DNA of 64,000 bases from Carcharhinus longimanus. Lineage: Eukaryota. This document shows positions 38,241 through 50,300 of the stretch, piece after piece. The stretch spans positions 71,288,558-71,352,557 of the forward strand of contig JASCQW010000061.1 of assembly GCA_030264375.1 (NCBI GenBank). The letters are read 5' to 3'. The position numbers were made by a program, and so were the translations under genes. A model generated the notes under the pieces. That model was not told the origin of the DNA and made no database searches. It saw nothing but the letters and a program-made list of their open reading frames with translations. Every line of letters begins with the position of its first letter. The stretch's first letter is position 1.

Positions 38241-39179
38241 AGAGGGCATATCTAAGTTATTAAATGGATACTTTACATCTGCCTTTACCAAGGAAGAAGA
38301 TACTACTAAAGCTATGGTGAAAGACATTTAGAATGGCTTAAAATCGATCAGAACGAGATATTGGAAAGGCTGTCTGTACATAAAGTGAACAAGGCACCAA
38401 GGACTGGATGAGATATGACTAAGGATACTGAGGGGAATAAAAATGTAAATTGTGGAGGCACTGGCCTTAATTTTTCAGTCTTCCTCTGACTCAGGGAAGG
38501 CAGGAGAATGGCACCAAGTGAATTGCACATTCAGAGCGCTTTTGCAAACATGGAGGGCTGAATGGCTTCCTTTGATGTTGTAGTAATTCTATGATTCTGA
38601 TAACAAACTCAATTGACTGTTAATTAGTCATTTAAAAATGGTGAGCAGACTGGCGATGGGGAAAGCTCAGGAGTGGATGGGGTAGGAGTGGATTTGACAC
38701 CCCTTGAATATTATGTGCCTCCCCTGGTGAAAATAGCCCAGTGGGAGCTGCAAGATCCAGCCCTAGTTTTCTGTTGTTGGGTTGTTAAAATTACCCAAAC
38801 AACGTTTCTGGACAATAATGCTAGTATATGAATGAATCTGCTAGGATGGACAGAAAGGCAAATGGGGTGGGTTTGGTCAAGAGTAGAAGGTACAGACAGA
38901 GAAAGTAAGATAGCCAACTATGGATATTGGAAACAAAGATCCACCAGCCTTGTAATGGCAACAATTATGGAAATATTGAACATAAAAACAGAAGAGGAAG
39001 AAGAAAAAGCAGATGGGTGGATAACCGCAATGTGGACTGAAGAAGGGTTGAAATAACTAAAGAAGCAAGATTATGCAAACAGCCACTAAAGGCTAAAGTG
39101 AAAACGAATGAATGATGAAAGTTTAATGTATTTTTCTGAAATCCCTCTCTCCACTAGTAATTGCTTTTATTTTAAAGAT

Positions 39180-39345
39180 TTTTTGATTTTGATTTTTGAT
39201 TTATTATTGTCACATGTATTTACACTGAAAGTTTTGTTTCTTTCTCACTCTGCAGACAAAACATACTGTTCATAGAGAAGGAAATGAGAGAGTGCAGAAT
39301 GTAGTGTTACATTCATAGCTAGGATGTAGAAAAAGATCAACTTAA
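39180..39345 (-). mobile_element. Rex1/Babar LINE 3' tail fragment
   Basis: Near-identical to 44412-44580, with a (TTTGA)n terminal microsatellite. Confidence 0.75.
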
Positions 39346-39639
39346 CACTTCCTCTAAAACAGGGGCATTAGATACTGATCCTACCATTTTAGGATCCTAA
39401 TTTTTAATTAATTCCCTTGCCATTTGAACTCTTTACCAGTGCAAACGTTTTGATTTGTCAACTTTGTTGTTACTTCTAGAACTTCAAGTCAGTCATCTCA
39501 AAGTTTCTTTTCCAGAGAAAACAAGCCTACGTAGCCTTTTTGAAAGAGCACATAGGATTTCAGTTGAAGTCTGATCAATACCTTGTCTTTTAGATTTGTA
39601 CCCCAACCTCTCCATTAATGCAAGTTTCTTTTTTAAAAG

Positions 39640-40040
39640 AAACATTTGCATTTAAACAGCACCATTTACAGCCACAATGAAAGCCACATCTTTCATGTCA
39701 GTTAAGTACTTTCAAAGTGCAATAATCCCCATAGTGCTGGTAAAGTCGATTTATGCAATGCAAGGTCCTAATACAGATTTAACAGATTTAATTATTTTTA
39801 GTAGTATTTGTTAAAGGTTAAATTGTTGGCAAAGGCAACTCCAGCGCTTTCCTCATTTTGGTGTTAAGAAATCTTTTATGTATTAAAAAGTAAATGGGGC
39901 CTCATCCTAAAAAAATGGGACCTCCAAAAATGTAGCACTCTCTGTGCTGCACTGAAGTATCATTCAGTTATTGTGCTGAAATAGGGCTGATCTTTGGACA
40001 CAGAGATAAGAACTTTGCCAATCAGCTCAGACTGACACCT
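39640..40040 (-). mobile_element. Degraded DeuSINE-like element
   Basis: Recognisable Deu-domain-like blocks (AAGTACTTTCAAAGTG, GGGGCCTCA, CAGCACTC..CTGCACTGAAG). Highly diverged. Confidence 0.5.
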
Positions 40041-40539
40041 TTTTAACTTTACAAATAGTGTTGACAGTTTTATAGATCTTACGCCTTCGATTTCGTGATT
40101 AATAATACTGTACCAAAGTTTCATTTGGCTCATATCGGTCTAAAAGTTGCTATTGAGCATTTTGGTGGAGGGACACTCAAACTTTGTATACCATTCATCT
40201 ATTTATCACTTAAATAGGTTAAATCTCTAATAAACTAATAGGAAATAAAATGAAATGAACAAATTAGCCTTTTGACAACTATCCCTATTTGAGGGATACT
40301 CATTTGGTTTCTTGCTTCTATAACAATTATTTTACACTTATCCACATTGAATTGCATTGCCATCTACTTAGTTCCTAAATACTTCTCTAACTGGGTTCCA
40401 TAGCTATTTATTATTCATTCTGCCTCCCGCATTGGTATTATCTGTTTACCATATCTTTAAGCAAAGCGAAGAAAAATAATTAAAGGGCTCCAGTGTATTA
40501 TTAGTGCATACCATCTTGAGTATTGCTGAAAAATGAGTT

Positions 40540-40573
40540 TGTCAAAGTTTTTCATCTCAAACTCATCAGGATA
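40540..40573 (-). ncRNA. Minimal hammerhead ribozyme motif in the PLE pLTR (degenerate)
   Basis: TATC-CTGATGA-GTTTGAGAT-GAAA-AACT-TT-GAC. The counterpart in the inverted arm (42342-42367) reads CTGGTGA-ATGCAAGAT-GAAA-AGCT-TC. Confidence 0.5.
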
Positions 40574-40754
40574 ATTCCCAAGAATACTAATGCAAGGGGA
40601 TACAACAAATTTATTCTCTTGTAAGAAGAGAGTGCTGATAGATTGGCAGGTGAGGGTGTTGCCATGGAGAATATGCAACAGTTGATGGTGATTAACAGTT
40701 AACTGGCAAACTTTGTTTGAAATTTAAAGCGTGAAGCTCAACTCTGATTGGTCA

Positions 40755-40974
40755 ACAGCAAGAAATCTCACAACACCAGGTTAAAGTCCAACAGGTTTAT
40801 TTGGAATTATGAGCTTTCGGAATGCTGCTCTGTCATCAGGTGAGTATAAATTTGATTTGTGACTCACTTGATGAAGGAGCAGCACTCTGAAAGCTTGTGA
40901 TTTCAAATAAACCTGTTGCTGTTGAGAGATTTCTTACTACGCCAACTCCAGTCCAATGCTGGCATTTCTGCATC
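40755..40974. mobile_element. ~220-bp palindromic Penelope-derived mini-element nested in the larger PLE
   Basis: Same family as 11566 and 20378. 11-bp duplication CTGATTGGTCA at 40744-40754 and 40975-40985. Confidence 0.8.
40807..40844 (-). ncRNA. Minimal type-I hammerhead ribozyme motif (core intact, stems decayed)
   Basis: CTCAC-CTGATGA-CAGAGCAGCATTCC-GAAA-GC-TC-ATAA: core boxes intact, with a palindromic AGCU helix III as in PLE minimal HHRs. Activity unknown. Confidence 0.55.
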
Positions 40975-42435
40975 CTGATTGGTCACGGCATTGCCCTGAG
41001 GAATGAACTAGCAAATTGCCGTCATTTATTTTGTTTAGCTGAAACAGGCGTAATGTGTGTATCTGTTCTTTCTGTCTGCAAAAGAACATGGCCCTGTACA
41101 TTAGTATACACGTAAATATACATAAATGTGCTACATTGTTCTTGCAATCTTAAATTGATTGTCAACATAATTCTTAGCACACTGAGGATTATTTAGCAAA
41201 CACTGTCCAATTGTGGAATCACATATAAATGTTGAGCACTGAGTTTTGCAAGCATAGGCTGGTTAGGAGTGGTCTGTATCTTGCCCATTTCAAATAGCAA
41301 GAGGGACATGCTGTTTGACATGATCTACCATTCTCTGGGCGTTCAGCCTACATACCTAGAACCACACCGTCTCAAATTCATATACCACATTACTCATTTC
41401 TGAGATACGCAGGATGTCTTTGTGGTTTGACAGCAGCATTCTGGTAGTGGTGAAAACTTGTGTTACTACTGGATAGTAGCAGCACAAAACAGCTATCTTC
41501 ACCTGTTGCTCAAATTTTGAGATACCTTGCCTTTCCAGGGTAATCTGAGGTGGATTGGGCAGTTTACAGGACTGAAAGTAATGACCTTAGCCTGTTCATG
41601 AGGCTGTGTGGTATACAATGCAAAACGATGGGATCAGGTAGCCATTATCCTGCAGCATGCCTTTGATGCACCCTATTTCAGTATCAAACCTGCACGGTGA
41701 GGAAATGGTTCAGCACTATGTGTGAGGCTGCCAACAGGGCCAATCTTATAGTGTGTGGAGCTTTGAGAATCCCAGTGCAAATATTGACCAGTGGAGGTAG
41801 GCTTGCAGTAGACCATGGTAGAGAAGCCCCAGGCAGAATTCTCAATTAGTATGTTAAGAAAAGGGGGTTCATTTGACTGTCCATTTCAATGGTGATTTAG
41901 TGCCCAAATTGGAGCCCTTTAAGACCATGTAAGGAAATTATTACATGCAGATGTTCAGTGTGCTAAGAATTACACTGACAGCAAATTTAAGATTTGGTCA
42001 GGCTCGCAGTGTGGTGCATTTACTTGTACAGGAAGCTACATATATGCTCTACTCTTTGCAGACAAAAAGAACATATACTCACATTGTGCCTATTTCAGCT
42101 AAACAAAATAAGTGATCGCCATTTGCGGATTCATTTCATAGGGCAATGTCTTGACTAAAGTCAAGTTGTCTGGTTTAAACTTTAAACAATGTTTGGCAGT
42201 TAACTTCTATCAACTTCAACTGGTGCATCCTCCATCGCAGTGCCTCTCCCCATCAGGGTTCATCTGCGGTTAATCGGCACTCTTTTCTCATACAGTATAA
42301 ATGTATTATTTCTCCTTACATTGGTACTCTTGTCAATTGCCCTGGTGAATGCAAGATGAAAAGCTTCTACAAAATGTGCCTTTTTCAGAAATATCCAATT
42401 CTCTACTATCAAATAATAATTTTCATACCACTTAC

Positions 42436-42524
42436 ATTTCAATGGATCCATTTTCTATCTTGATTGCACCCTCCACTGGGTCGAGTCCTTGTTCAGACAG
42501 CTGCTTCAAGGCACTTAAAGCTGC
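42436..42524 (-). CDS. STAU2: STAU2 penultimate coding exon, 89 nt: AALSALKQLSEQGLDPVEGAIKIENGSIE(I)
   Basis: Minus-strand CTCTCTGCTTCTGCAG acceptor and GTAAGT donor. Peptide matches the end of Staufen dsRBD5 (AALSALKQxSEQGLDP). Phase 0-2. Confidence 0.93.
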
Positions 42525-44411
42525 CTGCAGAAGCAGAGAGCAAACCTAGGTAAGCCTGGCAACATGCACAATTTTCAAAACTCATTATATAATACTTTTT
42601 CCTCATTCAATTCCCAAAAGCTATACATCTTGGTTGAAATTTTACTGGTACGCCATGGATCCTACCACTGGGATTAAAAGCAGTTCCTGAGTCAATGTGG
42701 AGTAATGACGGGGGCAGTTTTACAGATGATGGCCATTAAGAGGTTGGATGGCTTTCCAAGTATAGAAGGTGGCTTGCCTCTCCGAGCTGTTGGTGCTTTC
42801 ATTGATCCAACAGCTCTGCAACCTTGGCTCTGCACCAATAAACGTGGCTAACATTGAGGCTGCATGAGACCATTTCAAGGCTGGCAAAATCCTACACAGT
42901 TGTAAAATGGCCAACAATATACAAATTTATGGCCATCAATATACAAACTTAGTTGCCATCTGCCTCTTGTCCTAGGTGCCCTTGATAATATCTGTGGTGG
43001 TGAGAACACATCAGGCTTCTCTCTAGAGACCTCCCCTTTTTACCACTGCAGCCATCTCCAAGTTCTTCTCCAGGGGTTGGAAATATTCATTCCCACGTAT
43101 CTAAACTTTATAATTAGTATTTACCCTGGAATACAGCATTAGGAATTGTACTAAATATATTACCGAGGATTAAATAGGACATAGAGCTTAGAAACAGGCC
43201 ATTCAGCCTGACTAGTCCATGTCAGTCAGTATTTATGCTCCATTCAGTCTTTATTTTAAAATACTTGCATTTTGCAGTGGCACGAGCTTCATGGGCTACT
43301 TTATCATGCATTATGAATAAGGACCTAATTTATTAAAAGGGGTGTGTGTTTTCAAACTTAAAATGTCGCAATTTTAATGAATTCAGTAATTTGCAAAAAA
43401 AAATGAAAAATGCAGATACTGTTGGTTTCTAGTTCAGTTTTGAGTTCATTCCAGAAAATGAGCTGACTCTCAGCCTGCATTTTCCATGTTACAAAGTGAA
43501 TGAACCTTAACCACTTAAGAAGTGGTTCATACCAAAAGGGAAGTAACAAACTCAGTATTAGATATACAGTCAGGATGTGTTTAGAAAAAGGGACTTTATT
43601 AATGACCTACTTACATTTTTGAAAAACTGCCACTACAGAAAAACAGCAAATGGCTCCAAAGCAGAGATACGCAAAAGGCATGTTAACAAACAGAGCTGAT
43701 CTCCACTAGTATATCAACTCTCTCATCATTGCATCTAATCACAGTTTGAACAATTCCAGTGTTTTTACCTCTATTATTTTGTTTCTGGACTATTCTAAAT
43801 ATTAATCTTTGTGTATGGAAATTATTCTCCTTGATATTTTCAATATTTGCTTGCATTTATTTCTATATCGGTTCTTTGGTTTCATATTTTGGCATGTTTT
43901 GAAATAATCATCTTGTTTTATCTTGATTATACATTTACTCAGGCTGCATTTTTCTGTAATTTGAATTCTAAATAATGCTTTACTTTAGGATGTTGATTAA
44001 TTGTAATTAGTATTACAATTTGAACTTATGATTTTATCTTTTAAAAGATCAAAGTTTTCCCTTTAATAGAATCAACCCATATATATTGCTTGGAACAGTA
44101 TAGTTTTGAAAATTAAGAAAGCAAGCAAAGCTAGTCATCAGTTGCAGCAAATATTGTTTTAGGAGAATATGTGCCAAAATGGGGACAAATAGTGAATGCT
44201 GATAAAAAAAATTGCAGATAACATTTTAACTTTCTCTCTTCGCTAGTGTTTTGTTTCACAATTATAAGAAATTAATATACATTTTAAGAAGTCTAATAGA
44301 TGACAAGAGAAGCAGTAAAGCTTGCCTCCACTACCCTATTACTGCTCACCATGCAGTGATTTCTACTCCAAACAGCAAATATGCATACACAGATTAATGA
44401 AAGAGCTGGAC

Positions 44412-45740
44412 TTGATTTTGATTTGATTTGGTTTATTATTGTCACATGTATTAACATCAGTGAAAAGTATTGTTTCTTGTGCACTATACAGGCAAAGCGT
44501 ACTGTTCATAGAGAAGGAAACAAGAGAGTGCAGAATGTAGTGTTACAGTCATAGCTGGGATGTAGAGAAAGTTCAACTTAATGCAAGATAAGTCCATTCA
44601 AAAGTCTGACAGCAGCAGGGAAGAAGCTGTTCTTGAGTTGATTAGTACATGACCTCAGACTTTCGTACCTTTTTCCCAAAGAAAGAAGGTGGAAGAGAGA
44701 ATGTCTGGGGTGCATGGGGTCCTTAATTATGCTGGCTGCTTTGACAAGGCAGAGGGAAGTGTAGACAGAGTCAATGGATGGAAGACTGGTTTGCATGATG
44801 TATTGGGCTACATTCACAACCTTTGTAGTTCCTTGTGGTCTTGGGCAGAGCAGGAAACATACCAAGCTGTGATACAACCAGAAAGAATGCTTTCTATGGT
44901 GCATCTGTAAAAGTTGGTGAAAGTCATAGCTGACATGCCAAATTTCCTTAGTCTACTGAGAAAGTAGAGGTTTGGTAAGCTTTCTTAACTATAATGTCAG
45001 CATGGGGGACCAGGACAGGTTGTTAGTGATCTGGACACCTAAAAACTTGAAGCTCTCGATCCTTTCTATTTCGTCCTGGTTGATGTAGACAGAGGCATGT
45101 TCTCCTTTACGCTTCCTGAAGTTGATGACAATCTGCTTCGTTTTGCTGACCTTGAGGGAGAGATTATTGTTGCCGCACCAGTTCACCAGATTCTCTATCT
45201 CATTCCTGTACTCTGACTCATTGTTTGAGGTCTGACCCACTACGGTGGTGTCTTGAGCTAACTTGAAAGTTGAATTGGAGGGCAATTTGGCCACACAGTC
45301 ATAGGTATATAAGGAATATAGTAGGGGGCTGAGAGCACAGCCTTGTGGGGCACCGGAGTTGAGGATGATCGTGGAGGAGGTGTTGTTGCCTATCCTTACT
45401 GATTGTGGTCGTTGAGTTTGGAAATTCAGGTTCCAGTTGCAGAGGAAGGTGGCAAGGCCCAGGCCATGGAGTTTGGAGATGAGTTTCATGGGAATAATAA
45501 TGTTGAAGGCTGAGCTGTGGTCAATAAACAGGAATCTGACACAGGTGGCCTTGTTATCTAGGTGTTCCAGGGTTGCGTGCAGTGCCATGGAATGGTGTCT
45601 GCTGTGGACCTGTTGCAGGAGTAGGCAAACTGTAATGGATCTAGGTAGTCCGGGAGGCTGGAATTGATTTGTGCCATGACTAATCTTTCAAAGCACTTCA
45701 TACGATGGATGTCAGAGCCACTGGACAATAGTCATTAAGG
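44412..45740 (-). mobile_element. Rex1/Babar-clade LINE, 5'-truncated (~1.3 kb), relatively young
   Basis: 199-aa RT ORF (LFIDxSSAFN, [17 protein letters not shown], DTTVVG), C-terminal KNSFFPAAVRLLN, and a (TTTGA)n tail. Confidence 0.9.
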
Positions 45741-47344
45741 TCTAAAGACTGATCCTAAAGGGTTGAACAATCATCATCAAGATTTGTGAATGGAGAATGG
45801 CTACTTCAGAGAGGTAATAAAAGCAGCCTGCATGAATTAGAGTAAAAGAAGCACTGCTTTGAAGTGGAAACAAGAGCAGGACCAGCTGTGCATCATTTCA
45901 TTATATTACATAGACATTTTACAATGCATTTTCACAACACAGTTATTTTATCTTTTGCAGTCCTGACATCACTGAAAGCAGTAGACAATTCTGTGCCTTA
46001 TGCTGCCAAAGGTCAGATGGGGGGGCATTGCAGGGCAATCATTTCCATTATGCAAATACCAATTTTAAAATACCATAAATTTCTAAGCATCTACAGCTAA
46101 TATGACTACTGAACATACTCTTCGAAATAATAGGCATAGTAATTTCTCTCCAAGTGAGGTGAATGCTCCATTGCTGCCAGTAACCCTAACATCCACCCTC
46201 AATACATAAAATGGCCTTGACCCTGGAAATGGGCTGCAGTCATGAATACAAGCAAGAATGTGTAGAAGTTCTGTCACTAAAGATACACCAGTTCCTGGGG
46301 AATAAGCGAGCCTTGAGCATCTTTATAATTTGTGTAATGGAATGAGATGATTATATCTAGTGCTCTTGATAAGTTTGGTACAGGACTGTACCTCTAGGCC
46401 TCTATTTGTAACATGTGGTCTACTTGTAATGTTCAGGTTAAACAACTCTTTAATTTATAATAAAAATGTATTCAAAACTATTCATCCATGCTTTCCCGTT
46501 TTTATTCCGACAAAAGTACCACGTGTTTATATTTTTACCTTTTTGTTTTCTATATTTCCTCTTCCAGCAAGTTATGTCCAAAAACAATAACTCAAAATAG
46601 GTACAACATATATGAGAACATTTTGTTGTCTATGCATATGCTATATTAATTTCACTAGTATATCCAATACGGAATTCAGAAAAACTTTTGTTAACCAGAG
46701 AGTGGTTAGAATGTAGAACTCACTGCCAGATGGATACCTTCCATCGTATCCCATTCCTCAGCCTCTTGCAATGCCTACTTCCACTTTGCCACCCGTGTAT
46801 TCCTTTTCCCCACCCCTGTGTCCCCCTCAGTCAGTTGAAATGTTGGTATCTGTCTGAATGTTCAGCCCTGCCTAAGTATCTCTGCACACCATTGTCCTTC
46901 TGGAGCACAGAGGCAGGATCAGACCAATCTTGCACCACCAGCAATGTGACGTTTCACTGGCATCACAATCAGACAGCTCACTGTTTTGGCGAGTAGGTTA
47001 TGAACACTGAAGTCGCAAGCCAAGTGAGGTCCAACCTTGCATGCCACTTTTTCAAATGTGATTCAGATTGATTGTTGTGGTATGATGCAAGATTGGAATG
47101 TGCCACATGATTCCGGTGAGCAGAAGATTTAAGGAGCATTCTTGAGGTGGTAATGAACACAAACGGTATTTGCTTCACTCATCAGCGGGATACCCAAATC
47201 ACCATTAACTCTCCATCAGGAGAATTGCAAAGTGCTTTCATGCTGCAGAATTCTGATTTTTTGGCTTCCACGAGATTCTCTGTTCCTGCCTGCCACAAAA
47301 CCAGCTATGGACAACGAGGAAAAAAATCCACCCATGAAGTGAGT

Positions 47345-48045
47345 GGGCAACAATTTGGCAGATAGAGTATAACATGGGAGAATGTGAACTTGTCCACTTT
47401 GGCAGGAAGAACAGAAAAGCAGCATATTATTTAAATAGAGAGAGAATGCACAACTCTACAGTACAGAGGGATCTTGGTGTCCTGGTACATGAGTCACAAA
47501 AGGTTAGAATGCAATTGCAGCAGGAGGTTAGGAAGGCAAATGTTGTTTATTGCAAAGTAAATGGAATATAAAAATTAGAAAGTTTTGTTACAATTGTACA
47601 GGACATTTGATGAGATCACATCTGGAGTACCATGTAGTTTTTGTCTCCTTAAGGAACGGTATAACCGCTTTAGATGCTCTTCAGAGACTCAACTAATTCC
47701 TAGGATGAGGGGGTTAGCTTATGAGGAAAAGTTGGTTGGGGTTTGTATCCATTGGTGTTTGTAAGAATGAGAGCTGATCTTATTCAAACATCTAAGGTCC
47801 TGAGGGGACTTGACAGGATGGATACTTAGAAGATGTTTCCCCTTGTGGGAGAGACTAGATCTAGACTTGTTCAGTTGTTGAATGTATTTAAGGTTGGATT
47901 TGATAGGTTTTTGGGCTCTAAGGAAATCATAGGATTGGGTAGGAAAGTGAAGTTGAAGTACAGGATCAGCCATGATCCTACCTGATGACAGAACAGATTC
48001 AGGGGTGCCTTATGGCCTACTCCTGCTCCTATTTCTTATGTTATT
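47345..48045 (+). mobile_element. CR1 LINE 3' ~700 bp
   Basis: CELVHFGRKN..QRDLGVLVHESQK motifs and GGCCTACTCCTGCTCCTATTTCTTATG tail. Confidence 0.85.
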
Positions 48046-48939
48046 ACTCATATTATGGTTTCCTAATTCTTTTACAACTTTACTGAGATGCTCTATGTGC
48101 ATAACCAGCATTTTTTTACTTATTTCAGTTTATTAACTCTTTAACTGCTTCTTTGTAAAAGTCTTTACAGTACTCTTCATCATTATTTACATCTCCTCTT
48201 TGTCTTTGTTAGTCCTGAGGTCAGCGTGATGCCAGTTCTGAAGATGGTCTTCACCTGACATGTTAATAGACCTGCTGTATAGCTCCAGCATTTCTGTTAC
48301 TACAATAGATGAGAAGTTGGCAGACTGGTGAGGCAGTAAAAGTAAATGCATGTGACTCCATCAGGTAAAGTATCAAGGAACCCCAACTTTTCTTGCCAAA
48401 TCAGTAACCACTCCCACTATAAAAAAAAAGGTAAAAGCAATGTGTGATACATCTCTAATAATACATAAAAAAAGAAAAAGATCCCATTTAAATAGAGTTC
48501 ATTCTTCATTGGCAAAGTCTATTGTTAGTATTTCCAATGAAATTTACAATGATACAGCATCAAGGTATTATATTAAATGGATCAAGTTCAAATGAATAGA
48601 GAAAGATAGTGAACAAGAGAATAATAATAGATGTGGCTCATTTAAAAGGTTTTACAATACTGTCTTTTGTGAATGGTTTCCTTTCAGATACATCAATGAA
48701 GTTGTCAACTCCACTACATTTGTACTGTCACTGTTTCTGTCAAACTTAAAAGCAAAGGCTTCTGTAAAGATGGCCAGGTTATGATATAGTGCCACAGTCA
48801 TCATTAATACTAATTCATGATGATTCAGTGAAAGATGCAATTTGAATGTCCATTCAAGATTGACAAAACTCACCTAGCCATGGTGTGCATTTATATAACA
48901 AACAAATCAAGGCTATGGGGGCTTAAAAGCTCTCTTGAA

Positions 48940-50300
48940 GAGAATGAACGCCGAACTACTTCAGGCTGCCCAAAGCTAATGGTTTCAGGCAAGTGCAAGC
49001 TGCTGTCAACTGCACCCATGTGGTCATCAGGAAATTGGTAGAGCAGCCAGGGGTATTGATGAATAGGAAAGGATTTCATTCTCTCAATATTCATCTGGTA
49101 TGCAATCACCAGAAGTATTTGGTCCAGGTCTGTGCATGGTATCTACACAGCTACCATGACTTCTTCATCCTGAGACAACCATACCTGCTGCAGCTGTTCG
49201 TTGTCCTGGAGAGGCTATGGTGATGGATAAAAGACAAAGGCTGTCTATTTAATCAATGGCTTCTAACCTAAATGCAGACTCACAGAGGCACTTTAACTGC
49301 TACCATCTCAGCACATGGACCACCATAGAGCAGCTACTGGCCTCATCAAGATACTATTCTGGTATCTTGACTGGTGACGATGCAAGTTCTATGTCTTCCT
49401 CCTCTGCCAATGACACTGGCTTTGACTGTGTTGTCACCCCCCTCAATATTAAGCCAGTGGGAGACATAAGAGAGTGGTTATGCTGAACCACCTTTGTCTT
49501 TACCTGCTTCTGCAGATCTGAAGCAGGCCCTTGGGCATGAAGTCAAAGAGGGAGAAGGGAACTCTATACCTATCATGTATTTAAACCTTTTCACCCCGTC
49601 TTGGCCAGGATGATGTTGGCCAGGCTTCACTTTCACCGCTGCCCACTTCCACATATTGTGGCTTCCTGACCAGCCAACTCTTCCAATGCCATCAGAATGG
49701 CCAGGTTTGACTGAGTTCTTGCTCTGGCATTATGCACACTCTTTTCTTGCAAGGTCAAGTGGGCGAGTTAAGACACTCTCACTATATTCAATTGCACCAA
49801 CATACGTGATGACACAAGCTACAGTGCTGCATCCTGCACTTTTAATAGAGACATCAGCTTTGTTCACAGATCAGTGATTGTCCTTGGCTCCACATGTTTG
49901 GAGTATTCAGGAGAATTATGCCATCAGGCTGCTCAACTCATGTGTATGCTTGTGATTGTGGAGTGGGTGCAGCACCACACTTACATTGTAAGTCCACAAA
50001 AGATTGTTTAGGTATTTATGGTGCTGAGTCCAGATCCTCCTCTTTGGAAACTAGCAAACATAATAATGGTTGCTGGCTCCTTTTTAAAAGCCTTGCTGCT
50101 GTTCGAACTACAGCCTGTCTCTACTTCCACTAATTGGTTGGCGAGCATGCCCCTGGCCACTAGTTGGTCAGTTTGTTTAAAGGAACGTTGGTTAGAAAGG
50201 AGTCCGGCAACCCATGGCTCGGAAGCTGCATATGCCTCAGAGAACTTCGGCAGCTCCTAACTTCGACAGATTAATCGAACCAATTTTGAGGGTAATTGAA
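48940..50300. mobile_element. Degraded PIF/Harbinger DNA transposon: DDE transposase (+, ~48960-49380) and probable Myb/SANT-like gene remnant (-, ~49520-49700)
   Basis: AVNCTHV..NRKGFHSLNIHLVC..HDFFIL matches the HARBI1-family IDCTH/NRKGFHS/HD motifs. Minus-strand W..AVKV....KRFxY resembles a trihelix/Myb helix. Confidence 0.75.

Larger units (their letters stand above)
40530..42390 (-). mobile_element. Penelope-like element (PLE): 5'-truncated copy (RT thumb, GIY-YIG endonuclease, pLTR; ~41930-40530, -) plus an inverted partial copy (~41950-42390, +)
   Basis: Minus strand translates to PFLNILI..FSTMVYCKPTSTGQYLHWDS..YKIG..LQDNGY and SNVVYEF..RYVGxT. The right arm encodes EATYI..LCRQKE and is the reverse complement of ~40540-41190. 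Both arms end in HHR-like motifs. Confidence 0.85.

Noticed and set aside
43431-43448. AGTTCA direct repeat as a retinoic acid response element
   Set aside because: Spacer is 6 nt (DR6), not a canonical DR1/DR2/DR5 RARE.
44989-45588. Longest clean ORF (199 aa) as a host gene or novel reverse transcriptase system
   Set aside because: Ordinary Rex1/Babar LINE RT fragment with a damaged catalytic motif (KLAQD in place of KFADD) and a LINE 3' tail.
48993-49223. Domesticated HARBI1 gene
   Set aside because: Catalytic-motif substitutions (NCTH, loss of PGS), stops and frameshifts indicate a dead transposon copy.
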